Shown here: piece by piece, positions 34,899 through 49,200 of the stretch | Numbering within the stretch: position 1 is the stretch's first letter | Layout: each line of letters begins with the position of its first letter | NCBI GenBank assembly: GCA_965287045.1 | Contig: OZ336876.1 | Location: 26,722,001-26,786,000, forward strand | Direction: 5' to 3' | Source: Carcharhinus amblyrhynchos | Taxonomy: Eukaryota | Length of the DNA: 64,000 nt | Notes under the pieces: model-generated | Told to the model about the DNA's origin: nothing | What the model saw: the letters and a program-made list of their open reading frames with translations, nothing else | Database searches by the model: none | Program-made: the position numbers and the translations under genes

Positions 34899-35688
34899 GG
34901 GGGCAATTCTCCCAAAAAAAAATCTAAGTATTGAATTCACATGAAAACTGGACTAAGTCATGCTGCTTTTTTCAGTGGGAATTTCGGAATGAATCTCCCA
35001 CACTCTGAGCACTGCAGTGTGCACTAGCATGAATCTCACTGAAAATCAGTGGGTGGAGCCTATTCCCTCTGGAGAGGCTGGCAGCATAGTGCTGAGTGCA
35101 GCCCTGAGAGCGGCGAATGCGCAGTAGCCTCGCACAGTCGGCTTCCTGATCACTGGCCAGCTCAATCGCTGACTAGCCTCACGATCCCCACATCGCCAGC
35201 CGTGTGATCCTCCCAAGGCCCGATCACTGACTCCCCGGATAGATCCTGGCCAGCCTTGCCCCCCTGCCTCCCATCCTGGCGCCCGACCCTCTGGGGGGCC
35301 TCGATTGCCCCTGCTTCACTCCAGTGGTGTTGGGCCGCCAACTCCCGGCAAGTAGGGAGCTATAGAAAGCCCCACTTGAGTGAACAACTCCTGGCGGGGT
35401 TTGATGGCGGGGGGGGGGGGGGGGGGGGGGTGAAGGGGAGAGGGGGGAAGAGATACTAGCATGCCCTGAGATTTCAGTCTTGGGCCTGTTAGTCAAATGT
35501 CAAACAGATGTAAATAGCAATTAGCATTAAGAATGCAGCTTGGCACTGATTGCTGGCACAGAGCTGATGGCACCGGAAATCTACTCAGCGGGATGACACT
35601 CAGCAGGAGGCCTGTGAAACTGCCTCCACTCGAGTCTCCTGGCCCACTGCACTACAAAGGCAGCACGTGGAGTGGGAGAATCACCCCC
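34899..35688. mobile_element. Non-autonomous DNA transposon (MITE, PIF/Harbinger-like TIRs) containing a G22 run at 35409-35430
   Basis: TIRs GGGGGCAATTCTCCCA and TGGGAGAATCACCCCC; GC-rich interior. Its left end recurs inverted at about 49620-49692. Confidence 0.7.
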
Positions 35689-38600
35689 ATGAAGTTTAAT
35701 TCTGAGTATTCAGATTTTTGTCTTGAACAAAATACATCCCCTCAGCAAATTTTAAGTACCACGTGAGCACTGCAACAATTTAAGAGTATCTGCGTGCAAT
35801 GCAATGATAGGCATATCAGTGTTCAAAACAATATACAAGTACTAATAAAAATGATCTATTTTGAAGAAAACGAGAATGTTTCAAAGTCTTCTAAAATGGG
35901 CTTATTATATTGTATAATCTACAACTTGGAGTTAGCTTAAAATTTGGCTGCCAAGTTAATTGAATCCAATTTAATAAAGATTACCTTCAAAACATACTTT
36001 TACAAATATGCAGATTCAAGCTGACCATTGGTGGATGCAAAAGGCATCCACTGGACCAACAAAGAAATTTAGCAAAATAAAACATTTTAATCCTGATGGT
36101 GAGCTGATTATTGGGTATCTGCTGGTAATATTAAAATTTAGCCAGCCTTCAGATGTAGGTAAAGGTGGAGATCTGCATGTGAGAAATATACAACCAAGGT
36201 ATCCACTCTCTCTGACTATTGAACCGATTGACATAGGAATAAGCAGTATAACTGAAGTCTGTGAACCCTCCCTCACTGTAAATTGGTACTTGTTGTGTAA
36301 TGACATAGAAATCCAATTTACTCCATATTGCAGAACGACTAACTATTGACTATCCTCTTAGATGGTGATGTTGTGGGATGGCGGGAGATAGGATCAGTGA
36401 AGGTCAACTCTTCAGAGTTGACATGCCACACTAGTGCATGAGATTGTATCTATACTATTCCAATCATGTGGTATCTATGCTAGACAGGTCTGTGGTACTC
36501 CAGGGCATTGTCGATGATTGATCAGCCTGCCTGGCTCATTAATGTGGCCCGGAGGAATAAATCTGTCAATGGGTCCTCAGAGTCTCTCCACACAACTCTA
36601 AACAAACCTGCGAGTTAATGGCCTATTAGGTAATATAGTCTTGACTGAGAACAAGCATTGAGCATTCACCAATGATGGGTAACAACATGATTTTAACTGG
36701 CTAAAATCTGGCAGTACTTTTTTAAATATTTGAAGATCCAAGTACCATTCTCTTACCCAAATGTCCTTAAACCTCTGCCTATTGTTAAATAGATGTCTCC
36801 CTGTAGGGAGAATGTGTGCTTGGCCAAACAATTTCTCTTGATATGGATTAATTAGGCACTTAGTTTAGAATTGCTTATGTTTGATAATGGGTTTCTACAT
36901 GTAAAACTAATCAACTGGCAATATTTTGCATGGTTTCAATGACTATATTCTTAAAAGATACACCTGTTCAATTTTGATTTACAAAATCAGAAAGGGTGCT
37001 ATGCAACTAAGTAGCTGATTTCTCACTTTGAGAAGAGAAAAAACTGCCTTTAATGCTCCCTATTAAACAGTACTTTTAGGCTGGGTAACTGAAGAACACA
37101 TCAGAAATGGCTCAAAGAACCAGTCAATGTTCTGTACATTGTAACCACTGAACATTGCAACAAGTGATACTGGCAGCAAATGCAACACAAATAATTATTT
37201 AAAAACTAAAATACAATTCTGTGAAATATCACTGAATAATGTTGGTGCACTAATGAAACTGACTAATAAATAAAACTCAATAGTGCAAGATTGTGCTTCA
37301 ATTTTTAACAGAGGCACACTGAGTGCACAATGAAATTTTAATTTGAACAGTTGAGAGGAATGCTGAGCAGACTTTACCCTAAAAACTTTATAATGTCGTC
37401 ACAGTAGACTGGATGCAATAATCTGAGATGATACTAAACAGATGTCAATTGTATCTGAAGCCAACTATGAAACAATGTCAGGAACATTACTGATGCACAG
37501 CGCCACAAACCTAAAAGTAGCAATTTATTGATGACTGCTGGAGAGTTGAAGCAGTTACAAAAATGCTGTAAATGTTAAGTACGTCAATCAGTATCCAACA
37601 CTGCAGATATGGCTTCACTCTCAGATGTTGACCAATATACTTTGCACTGATTTTAATCTGAGTTAATATTCCAGTGACAATTTAGTCTCATATTATTGAA
37701 TGAGAAAACTAATTTCCTCACAAATTTATCAGATTTTTCATGGAAGTTTGATTTATGAAGTTGTTGGTGAAACAGTTTACACATTCATTGAGAGGTGCCC
37801 TTGAATGATCCCATCTGGCATTAAAAGTATTAATTCATTGGTACCCAAAGAATCCACTTTCATTTCAATTGAAATGTGCCATTCACTTTGGATATTAAAC
37901 ATTTATGTGGCCTGCTCAGTGACATACAAAATAGATGTGCAAACCATTTCTTAAAATCAAATAAGTTTCAAATAAAAATTGTAAATAACAGTAAAATGCA
38001 TAAGCTTATTTTGTAATAGTTTGTGCAAATGCAGATAACTGGAAATGTCGCTATTATTAATGAGCATCTCCAGCGTTTGTATTAAATATACTAGCACTAC
38101 AGCAGCAGTGGTAGCAATGTCTGTAATGCATATATCTGCAAAATAACAATAGAGTACTGCACTGGTCAGAAGCAGTATTGGATATGGCTCATTAAAAAAA
38201 AGCTGTTAAAATTAGTTGAATTAGCTGCTCAGCCAGTACATGCACATTTTGAATTTTAACAATCCTTTTGTGAATGTACAAATTTCTATAGTTTACTCAG
38301 CAATATAATCCTTGCAATAATCTGATTTATTCTGGAAAATAAATCAATCTGTAACATGTTAAAGTTCCACCAAAAATGATAGCAATCTTCCCTACTCCTG
38401 CAGTGTTTGGTGATTTTGTGGTTGGCAGATGTCTCATTTTATTTGAAGATCCTAAAAAAAAATACACATTAGAGAAACACAGACCAGAGTCCTGAGTTAC
38501 AAAAAATTGACCCACAAGTATTTTTCAGCTAAGAAGTTGTCTGTATGCGTTCTTTAGTGGGAGCTTTGCTCAGTTTTTGCAACAGGAAATGCTAGCTGCA

Positions 38601-38925
38601 ACTTCAACTTCTCCAGAACAAAACAGATTGTGGTGGAATGTGTCTCAGGTTGCTGTTGATAAACTACTGAAACTTACAAAGTTTCAAATAAGAATTAAAT
38701 CTATATTTTTTTAAAATACATTTAGATCTTACAAACTGTTGAATGTTGGCAGCGCAAGTATTGATGGGCAGGCAGACTGACACCTTGTGAGCATTAAGAA
38801 GCTACAATACATGCTGTTCAAAATATGTAAGAACATTTATGCATTTTCTGCATTATCTTACAAAATATATCCCAAAAAGGATGTGGATATCAAAAAAAAG
38901 TGATACTGACGAGGCCATTAACTTT

Positions 38926-39458
38926 TCATGCATTCAACAATGGAATTTGCCAAATCATGACAGTGGAAATAGTTTCATCTTGACGCTGTTGTTTGGACTT
39001 TTTGTTCAGTCGTTTATGTCCTTGACCTCCAGAGATGACCAAAACAGAACTCATCTTCATCTTCTTTGTCCTTTCATTGTCACCGTGTTTACCTTTACTT
39101 GAGAAACTAGGGTCATTCAAGAACTCATAGATTGTGCTGTCCTCTGGGCCATGCTCCAGTGAGCTGGACTGATGGGAGTAGGTCAGAGATCCTGTAGATG
39201 AAGATACACTGCTGTGTCGTACAGCCGATACCGATGAGTCTCCAAGCCAAACCCCTCTGTCTTTGTTAGTTGTATATGAAGAACTTGAATATTCTGCCTG
39301 CGGGCCAACATGACCAGTCTTTTCTCCATCTTTTCCTTCTCCTGAAGTCGACAGGCTTGAAAGTGATGGATTTTTGTTCATCAATGTGGCAGTGGCTGCA
39401 GCCATAGTGAGAAATCTGACTGGACCACAGTGTGCATGGTAGGACACCATACCCCTTC
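38926..39458 (-). CDS. ARHGEF10: ARHGEF10 (Rho guanine nucleotide exchange factor 10), last coding exon
   Basis: Acceptor TTCCTTCTGTTCACTCAG|GA AGG GGT ATG (phase 1). Peptide GRGMVSYHAHCGPVRFL...VWLGDSS...SSSLEHGPEDSTIYEFLNDP...LVISGGQGHKR...TVMIWQIPLLNA* matches the ARHGEF10 C-terminus; TGA at 38928-38926. Confidence 0.95.
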
Positions 39459-41296
39459 CTGAGTGAACAGAAGGAACACGTGATGTTAAACAAATTCAAA
39501 TCAGGATGGAAATAAAATACATCAATAACCAGAAATAGCACACGATTTTGGGTTAAGTGAACCTATAAAAAGAAAGTGGATCAACATCTGCTGAGAAAGG
39601 CAATAGTGTAAGATAGTGATATTAATAGATCTGCTTGATTCACATTGAAGTTAGGAAGAGAGACAGCATGCATGTGAGAGTGAGAGAGAGAGAGACTGAG
39701 CTCTCTTCTTCTCATTCCAGTTTTGCAATGTCCTTGCATTATAGAAACAAAGTTGGTATGTACTGGTTCAGTGTTGTCTAACAATACACTTGGTTGAAAA
39801 ACATAATATTTTAACTTTAAACAAAATTATTTTCCAGCTCAGCTGCTGAGCGTTGTATTATAAATTTCAATACATTGTTCCTCAGAAACCAAGTGCAAAT
39901 TTGATGAGTTGAAAATTGTAGAGCATTAGTGGTAATTATACTAAACAGAATAAAACCTTTGGCAGTGTATTTTCTTGCGAGTCAGTTAGAGCCACGCCAA
40001 ATTGCATGGCTATCACACCACACACTACTTATAGCAGAATACAACAACAAAATGAGGACAAGCACAACCACCAGAAGTCTTCATTATGTACAGATAGTCG
40101 AGAAACATTTTGAGAACAGATAAAAGAACTGACAATCAAAATGTAGGAAAAGATCATAATTGAGAAGATGTGGCACTTGCAGCTACTAGAAAGCAACCAT
40201 AGACAAAAATGAATGCAATTAATGCAAATAATTGATATTTGCACATGTATATAGTCACATTAATTACTATGCTTTCTTGGAAAACAGTTTCTACTGTTTA
40301 AGCGCTTTCTCAATTAGGAACTTAGTTAATTCTGTCTTATCAGGTATTTAAAATAGATGGTAATAAATCCCCTGATTATTGTAATGTTGAAAAATCTTCT
40401 GAATATGATATTCTATTCACACAAAAATATGGCACAGTTTTTATTGACCTGTGTTCCTCCAAATCATTCATGAGTTCATCACTATCTGCTGCTATTACCA
40501 ACCATTTTGAATAAATGGTTGCCTTGTTTACAACAAGATTTAATGTTAGGAGAATTAGTGTTGCAATATATGCTCCGTGCCTGCAAAATATTGTTTCTGA
40601 GCAAAGCAACCATTTCCCATCACTTAATGTAAAGTTGTCAAGTGTCACAAGAACACTGCAAATTACATGAGGCAGGACCATTGGAAAAGAAACCTTCAAT
40701 CATAAATGGAGATTGGTTGCCAATACGAATTTTATGAATAACCTAGAAAATCATAAAGTTTCTAAGATAAGAGAAACTGCTGTAGTGGCTGATGGTTACA
40801 GACTACCTCACAACCACACAGATGGCAGTAAACCTTGTTTGCAAATCCACACAGAAGCTGGAGGAATAAGAGAAGTGATAATGATCAGGACACTAGCTAC
40901 ATTGAGGAGGACAGTGGAGATGAAAAGACCGAGGTTCCTCAGAGCAATAAAGATGTCTACATCTCTAGGCAATGGGAAGAGTACCTGTTCTGACTCTGGG
41001 TAGATTGTTAGTCCCCAAGTCACACAGTGAGATGCTCAGAATGTCAGTTTTTATAGATGGTTTAAAGTTACATTTGATTTCAAGATTGGGTGCAGCTAGT
41101 GAGTGCTAAAGGACAGCTAATTTGAACTTCCAGCTGTCCATGCAAAAACCTTTCAGGGCTATTTTCCTTTTTGACTGCTGTGCTAATGCTTCATACTCTT
41201 CCTCTTCATTCAGCTCACTAAATCAAAGTCTAACCAGAGGTCAAACATAACACTGACCTGACTCAGTGAAATGCTTCATAACCAATACAGCTTAAT

Positions 41297-42330
41297 GAAC
41301 AAAGAACAAAGAACAAGGAACAGGCCCTTTGGCCCTCCAAGCCTGCATCGATCATGTGTTCCTAACTAGACCATCCGTTTGTATCCTTCAATTCCTAGTC
41401 TGTTCATATGGCTAACTAGATAAGTCTTAAATGACCCTCAACCACCTTGCTTGGTAGTGCATTCCAGGCCCCCACAACCCTCTGTGTAAAATACGTCCCC
41501 CGCATGTCTGTATTGAACCTTGCCACCCCCCCCCTTACCTTGAACTTGTGACCTCTAATGTTTGTCATTCCTGACCTGGGAAAAAGCTTCCAACAATCCT
41601 AGCTATGTCCTTCATAATTTTATAAACTTCTATTAGGTCGCCCCTCAACCTCCACCTTTCCAGGGAGAACAACCCTAGTTTTGCTCAATCTCACCTCATA
41701 GCTAAGGCCCTCCATACCAGGCAACATCTTGGTAAACATTTTCAGCACTCTCTCCAAAGCTTCCACGTCCTTCTGTAGTGTGGCGGCCAGAACTGGATGC
41801 AATATTCCAAATGTGGCCTAACCAACGTTCTATATAACTGCAACATCATATGCCAACTTTTATACTCTATGCCCCGTCCAATAAAGGCAAGCATGCCATG
41901 TTCCTTCTTCACCACATTTTCCATGTGTATTGCCACTTTTAAGGATCTGTGACTTGCACACCCAGATCCCTCAGTGTCTATACTCCTGATGGTTGTCATT
42001 TATTATATAGCTCTTAGTTCTTGGATTCGTAAACATTAAGGGCATTTAAATGGTCATTGGATAAACATCTGGATGATATTGGAATAGTGCAGGTTAGGTG
42101 GCCTTTAGATTGGTTTCACAGGTCGGCGCAACATCGAGGGCTGAAGGGCCTGTACCACGCTGTAATGTTCTATGTTCTATCTATCAAAACGCATCACTTT
42201 GCACTTATCTGGATTAAATTCCATCTGCCGTTTCTCAGCCCAATTTTCCAGCCTATCTATATCCTACTGTATTCTCTGACAATGTTCATCATTATCCGCA
42301 ACTCCTGCAATCTTTATGTCATCTGCAAAC
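41297..42330 (-). mobile_element. CR1-clade LINE 3' fragment with a plus-strand CR1 tail (about 42031-42180) nested inside
   Basis: [37 protein letters not shown] on the minus strand; (GAACAAA)n terminus at 41297. The insert is closely similar to 29850-29996, and the host resumes at 42181. Confidence 0.88.
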
Positions 42331-44277
42331 CAGCAAAGTGTTAGAAAAAAATAAAAATTACTCTTTTTGCAACTTCTGATCCTTTTCAAGATCCACATAA
42401 AGATTGTATAGCAATTGATCAAGTTCAAACTTCACTGCCCTTCTGATCTCTCAGTTATCTTCTCATCCTCCTGATGCACTCCTGACTACCACTCACCTTG
42501 ACTATGCTCAGACAATTTATCTTTCCAATGACACCTCCCTTCACCATGCCCCTCCCCCCCCCGAACTCTCCGTTAAACCACTCAAAGCACCTCCATTGAC
42601 CACCCAATCCCACCAACTACACTCATTCCACCCCCTTACTTTACACCTTTAGTCTGGCTTCTAAAAGTGGTCGGACCTTTAAACTTTTCCGCTTTGTGGC
42701 AACAAGTGTTGTGAAAAAAGGGGATGTGACTTCCTTTCACCTGACACTCCTGCAGTCGATGGAATGGCCACAGGAACTTGTCGCACTGAACTATTCTCAC
42801 CCTTCCTGAACCAGGTGGTCAGGTGAGAAAGGGGCAGCTGCATTTCAATGTTAACAGGAGTGGAGAGGCAATCTCACTGTAATTGCCATTCTAAGGAAGT
42901 GATGACCCAAACATCCATTTCTTGAAATCCTGTCACTTTTTCCTCACAGATAGTATTTTATTGACATTAGGCATATTGGGAGCCAGTAAGGTATAGCAGT
43001 ATAAGCATTGCTAACCACACTCTGAATTTTGATTTGTACAAACTGTGGTAGATTTCCTTCTCCTGAGTGATGGTATCATTTAAAAACACTAGGTTTCTCA
43101 ATTGTTCAAATACCGTTAAATGTAATCTGGTTTGAGCATTTGTCTACGCAATTGTTGGGTCATCTTCAGTGAAAAGTTGCACACAGTTATACATGTTCCA
43201 ATTTGCCTGGTTAAGCAGGCAAAACAACTTAGAGTGGGTTTTATAACATTTCGTCAAAAATTCAAGATGTAGAGCCATGTATCTGCTAACACAAAGGAAA
43301 ACCAAAGAGAATGGCTGGATATAGTCGAATGCCTTATTGATTAGTTAAGGATCCAATTACTTTCTCTTTAATACTGTAGCTGTTCAGGGATCATTTCACT
43401 TCTGACAGGACTAGATTTTAGATATTCAGCTAAATCCAATCTTTTTATAATTTAAAGAGAAAGGTGATCCATTTGACTTTTCAGTCAAAAGAAACTAATC
43501 TGTCCTTCCACAGGCCCTTTTCCCCTGTTAACATTATGTTCAACAGTAACTTTTATCCTTGGCCAATCTTTAGGACTTAAGATCTTGAAGGACTTTCCTC
43601 CCATCATTCAGAAAATGCATTTCCCCAAATGTAGTGCCACTTCACCACCCTCTTACCCATTGTCTGCCTTTCCTCCCTGGAAATTTATTGATGGTCTTAT
43701 GTTCAAGGAAGGTAGTCTCTTAAACTTTTCCAGTTACTCTCATTTTGCCATTTTCTAAAGTTTTATGGCTGTTTCTATTAACTCACAAATTAGCCATTGC
43801 TTAGTCTTGATCCATGATTATTGAGATGGTTTTTGCACTATCATTTACTTAGCAAACTTGTTGCCTGTGTTACATATCTGTGAAATGTTGCTTTGAAAGT
43901 AAATCATGCATTGTACAGCCTCTGCCAAAATCATGCATTGCACAGCCTCTTCAAAATAAGTTATTGTCATCTGACCTTCCACCAAAATTATATTTATACT
44001 AAACCAATTTTCTCCTTTAATAGGTCTCCTTGTGCTTTAGTTCAGTGATGTCCAATACAAACTGTTGACTAGCCACAGGTGAAGCCATGATAAGCGATAC
44101 TGTTTTCCCCACTTCCATTACTTTTAAAGAAAATAATTTAAACACAGTTGAGTTGTTTCAATGGGTGCTTTGGTTTCATCAGAGTGATTCTTGAGTATGA
44201 TGATCCACACTGGATAGGCCAGACCAGCTCCTGTTGTCAAATCAGAAAGTGAATAGACTCTTAATTGGATTCCAAAC

Positions 44278-44437
44278 AGTGAGCTGACTCGGCCAAATAA
44301 ATACTGTGGCTACAGGAGCAGGTCAGTGGCCAGGATTGCTCCAGAGAGTAACCCACTTCCTGACTCCCCAGAGTCTGTCCACTATCTCCAAAGCTCAAAT
44401 CAGGGGTGTGATGAAATACCTTCCACTTACCCGCAGC
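44278..44437 (+). mobile_element. LINE fragment, same family as 31925-32546
   Basis: GCCAAATAAATACTGTGGCTACAGGAGCAGGTCAG...CCTGACTCCCCAGAGTCTGTCCACTATCT. Confidence 0.7.
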
Positions 44438-45734
44438 TGAGACTCTCTGTTCCTAGTGCAGTGAATAGAGATTTGACTGAACGCCAAATTCTCCATTCTC
44501 ACTGGCAGTGGAGTGTAAACAGCTAGAGAATTCTGACCCAAATTTACAACTGAAGAAGATTACAGCACAGGAGGCCATTCAGCCCATTATGGTTCACCAC
44601 AGCAATCCAAAACTGCCCATTGCCCCCATACCATTTCCCCACGTCCTATATTTTCCTTTGCTTCAAATACCAATTTTACCTTCATGAAAAAAAATTAAAT
44701 GGTGTCTGTCCAAACAACTATCTGTAGCAAAGCAGTCCATGCACCAAAAATGTTTCCTACTCTTAATTGTCCAAAGTCTAAATATTCTATAATCTCAACT
44801 GATCTACTGTTAGTTATTTACCCATTAAATATGTTACTCCACTTTCCAGAATATGCAATTCTTCTTTACTTTAAGGGCTGAAAGGATACTTAGTAAAAGA
44901 TTTCCAGAATCCATTCTGAATTCCTGACTTCAATAATGCATAACCCAATTCAGCTCACGTCTGGATTGTTAAAGCAACCCAATAGCAATATCCATTTTGT
45001 CGTTACATATCTTGTTTTGAGATCTCTATTTCTATCTCGTCTCCATTATTTTGTGGCCTGTAATATATGCTGAGGACAGTAACAATTCCCTCTCTCTCTT
45101 TATAATTGGATACGCTCAAAAATTGTGCAACCCCAGCATAATCATACGTTCTGGTGTTGAGAATCTTTTTCTTACACTACCAGTCCACATTCCTATTTTT
45201 CACTGATATTACCCCTGAAAATAATAACGATTATCCAGAACAGCTCAAATTTATCTCTTTTCCATTATAGATTATAAATCACAATCCTCCACAATCAGTA
45301 ATGTCTCTAACACTGCAATTTTGTTTGGAATGCTTTGAGCGTTCATATAAATACTAATCAAGCCTTATTTCAATTTTTTTTATCCTCAATCTTCGCCTTG
45401 AGTTTTTCATTTTTTGATATCCTTTCCCACAAGTGTATTCATTCACCACCCCAAATCCTCCTTCTCTTGAGATGATACTTTCTCATTTTTTTAAATTTAT
45501 GCTCCGTATTGACTCTCCTTTGGAATCTCCTGCTTTGTCCTATTTATCTTGTTGAATGGTGCCATTTCAGGTCAAGCAAAGGCTTCTCTGGTGTCAGCTC
45601 CCACTTCAATGTCCCAAGAATGTAAATCCTCCACTCCTGCACCAGTCTTTACAGTTAATTTACTAATCTTCCTCTCCTCATCCAATTTAAGACCTTGTCG
45701 TTTTGTTTTTCCATTAGATGCCCAAGTTCTTAAC

Positions 45735-46107
45735 TAAGCCCCATTCCAGCAACTTCAGCACAACATTTTACGCTGATTCTTGAGTGCAGTGTTGCACTCT
45801 CAGAGGTGTGCTGCACTTGGTGGGTCATTAAACTGAGCTCATTTGTTCCCTCAGGTGGTCGTAAAAAGACAAATTGCACTATTTCAAAGAGCAGGGACAT
45901 TAACCTGCCTAATATTTATTCCTCATCAGTGTCACTAAACAAGAATAGATTGTCAGGTCACTATCACATTGTTGTTTGTGGGAGTTAGTTGTGCCCAAAT
46001 TAGTTGCCATGTTTCCTAAAATTGTGGCTGCAATTCCAATGTTCTTCATTGGCTGTGAATCATTTTGGGGAAGTAATGAGGTCATAAAATACACAATATA
46101 AATATAA
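45735..46107 (+). mobile_element. Deu-domain SINE
   Basis: CCCTCAGGTGGTCGTAAAA..GCACTATTTCAAAGAGCAGGG..AATATTTATTCCTCA..ATCACATTGTTGTTTGTGGGAG..TTCATTGGCTGTGAA. Confidence 0.75.
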
Positions 46108-47052
46108 GGACTGGACTTTTGCCATATCGGAGAGGCTCACATTGCAGCAAAATTCTCAGAAATGGCCCAGAATCCAACATTTCCCATCTTCCCGGGGATG
46201 GGACTGGAGTCGGGCCAGGGTGTGTGCATATGTAATTCATAGAGGCAGCTGACCATTTAAGTTACCAGCTGCCTCCACTGATGTGGGATTTTGTAAAAAC
46301 AGGAGTGTGGAATCAGGACTGTGCAGATTAGAATAGGTTTGAGGAGGTCCGAACTTGACGGGTGCATTTGAATACCCTTTGGAGAGGTAAGGTACCCTTT
46401 GGATAGGATATTGGGACACCATTGGGAGAGGTACTGCACCCTTTCATAGAAAGTGCCCTTTAAGATCATTGAAAGTGACCATGCACCTTCTGTGCACAAA
46501 CTCATTGGAACCTCAAGCTACCAAAGAGCTGTCCAGCTGTCAAGAAACTGTGAATTATCTGTCCAGCTGTCAAATGAGTCAAAGCTATCCAGGAAGTATA
46601 AATGCTGTCAATATGTCCAGGAAGTGTCAAGGCTGTCCAGCAACTGTCCAAAGATAGCAAAAAGAGTGTAAAGGCAAAGCCTGGTGGGCATGGGTTGGCA
46701 ATAATTTGGTGTAGGATATTGGAGCTATTAGGATGACTAGCGGGCATGGTTTAGTATATATTGGCGTGGATGGGGCAAGAGGAGTATTGGAGGGATTTTT
46801 TTTAATCAGTAGTTTAAATATATCTAAACACACAGTGCCAGAGCAGGTCAGGCACAGGAGTGGGTGACTCGCTTCTGCACCTGGCAGCCTGCACCTTTGT
46901 TTTGGGGTGCCCGCTCTGACTCCTGTTTCAGCCCCACTCGCCCATGCCCTGAATGAAAATCCAAGTCACAGGCGGACATTTTTAATGGTCAGGTTTGCTG
47001 AGTTGGGAGATTTCCTGACTCTGGAACCCGACCTAATAGTAAAAATCTGGTC
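46108..47052. mobile_element. MITE-like DNA element inserted in the tail of the preceding SINE
   Basis: Imperfect TIRs GACTGGACTTTTGC and GTAAAAATCTGGTC; internal degenerate repeats of CTGTCCAGCTGTCAA at about 46528-46650. The SINE tail ATAAATATAA...TTTCTTT is split across it. Confidence 0.5.
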
Positions 47053-47713
47053 TTTCTTTGAATTTTCAATGCAAGAGCGCAAATGCGCTTCTTTCTAACC
47101 TTTAACTGCCTCACCATACCCACTCATAGGTTGTTCACATGCAATCTGTGATATAATTTATCCTGGCACCAGGGAGGAAACAAATAATTTGGACATCTCA
47201 TGGTCGTAAAAGCAAAACAGGTGGTCTATTCCTGTAACTATAAAATTTTCCATTGCTCCCGATTCTCCTGTCTCCTTGAGTAGTGCTTTAATCCATCATT
47301 CTACAACGTTGCTCAGAACTGCTGAGTCATTCTCCACCTTATGCTCCTCCAACACTAGTAACTACTGGGTGTTATATTCCTCATAGCCATTTGGTGAAGG
47401 GTGAAATGACAGCCAATCTTTATTCAGTTTAGATTTATTAAAAGTATAAATCATTTCAAGTAAAATCAACCATCCCACAGTGTCACTAAGCATCTCTTTA
47501 TATGTCATCAAGTCATAATCAATGCCTGCAAGACATTAACCACAATCGATATACAATTAACATTGGGCAGTAACTTGGGAATTTTCAGATGAGACAAGCA
47601 CTTCTCTGTTTTAGACAATCTGCTTCCTGAACTTTATAGTGCTGCATCTTGGGTGACCAAATTCAAGCAATCATCTAGAATAAAACGGAAGGTGCTGGAA
47701 AAATTCAGCAGTT

Positions 47714-48028
47714 TTGGCCCATCAAGTCTGCAATGACTTTCTGAAATAGCATTTACCCAGGCCCATTCCCCAGCCTTATTCCCATAACTCTGCACACTTA
47801 CCACGGCTAATCCACTTAACCTACTTAGGTTAGAACACTAATGGGCAATTTAGCATAGCCAATCCACCTAACCATCTTTGGAGTGTGGGAGGAAATTGAA
47901 GCATCTGGAGGAAACTCATGCAGACACGGGGAGAATGTGCAAAATCCATACAGTCACCCAAGGCCGGAATCGAACTCGGGTCTCTGGCGCTATGAGGCAG
48001 CAGTGTTAACCACTGTGCCACTGTGCTG
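47714..48028 (-). mobile_element. HE1-like V-SINE
   Basis: Minus-strand head CAGCACAGTGGCACAGTGGTTAACACTGCTGCCTCATAGCGCCAGAGACCCGAGTTCGATTCCGGCC followed by the V-domain. Confidence 0.9.
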
Positions 48029-48394
48029 TGGGATCTTAGGACAAAACCCTGAAACTTTTAACTAACATTGTGGAAGCATCTTCAATAACTAAATGCAGCA
48101 GTTTGAAAAAGGGTCTTACCACAAATGTACACTTTGTTTTCTTTTAGGAGTTCACAACCAATTAATTTAAAATGTGAGGCTGCTTTAAATGGTTTTACAG
48201 CTATGTATGCACAGTCACTTAAAACTGGTCGACTTGTCCACGGGCATTTGCAGGTCACTGCAGAGGCACACACGTTGAGAGAACATTGCTCGCTATCACC
48301 TTCTCAACAGCAAATAAAGGCATCCCAAGAATAAATCAAAAATAACATTATCTTCAGTTATTTCAAAATAGGTTCCAACTCAAAACTTTCTCAC

Positions 48395-48517
48395 CTGTAA
48401 CTTTAGGTATTCCCTGCAATCGAGGAACGGGCAGAGCAACAATGATACCCAAATTGGTTCCAACTAACAGTAAACCGTGACACACGAGGAGACTGGTCAC
48501 AGTAACCCGCTGCTGTC
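48395..48517 (-). CDS. ARHGEF10: ARHGEF10 penultimate coding exon (123 nt, phase 1-1; not in the ORF track)
   Basis: TTTGTCTGATATTCCAG|GA CAG CAG CGG GTT...AAA GTT ACA G|GTGAGA. It encodes (G)[40 protein letters not shown](G) and joins in frame to both neighbouring exons. Confidence 0.95.
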
Positions 48518-49200
48518 CTGGAATATCAGACAAAAACAAACATGTACATAGGTTAAATCAAATAAAAAAATTACAGTGGGACACCATTAACTGCATGTCA
48601 ATTATCAACCATCTTACCTCCCAGTGCTTTCAACTTTAATGAAATAATTAATTGGACATCATTACCATTTTGTTGGTCTATTCTAAGTGATTAAACCTAG
48701 ATTTTGTTTTATTATATTTAGTCTTCCTTTTATCATTGTTTCCTGCATTGCAGCAGTATGCTTCGAGAAACAACTTCATCAGCTGTAATTTGGTGCTGTC
48801 TTGAGGTCATGAAAGGTGCAATACAAGTTATTTCTTTAATTTACTTGTTTGACCTTACAGTATTTCTGTATCATTGCAGTAAAGATCAAAATGTCAGCAC
48901 TCTATATTAGATACCAATTCTTACTGTCCATTAAGGCTTGTAGCCTCCCACTTTAATTGAAAATTTCTGCAGTTATCTGTGTCATGTTTTCTCTTGATTG
49001 ATGTGTACATAAAATGGCAACAAACCATGATGGAAGAAGTAGGGAATGTTTGAATCAAATGTGAGATAAACATGCAGATGAAATTCCAATAAAGAATTAG
49101 GAATATGTAAATACAATGAGCAAAACACAGTTGGACCACAATTGTAAATGGATGAATATTTTTCAGAGGTTCTTCTTCCTAATATTCAGAGTTTACTTGA

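Noticed and set aside
46528-46650. Short spaced repeats (CTGTCCAGCTGTCAA) superficially like a CRISPR array
   Set aside because: Degenerate, irregularly spaced, inside a eukaryotic MITE, and with no cas genes.
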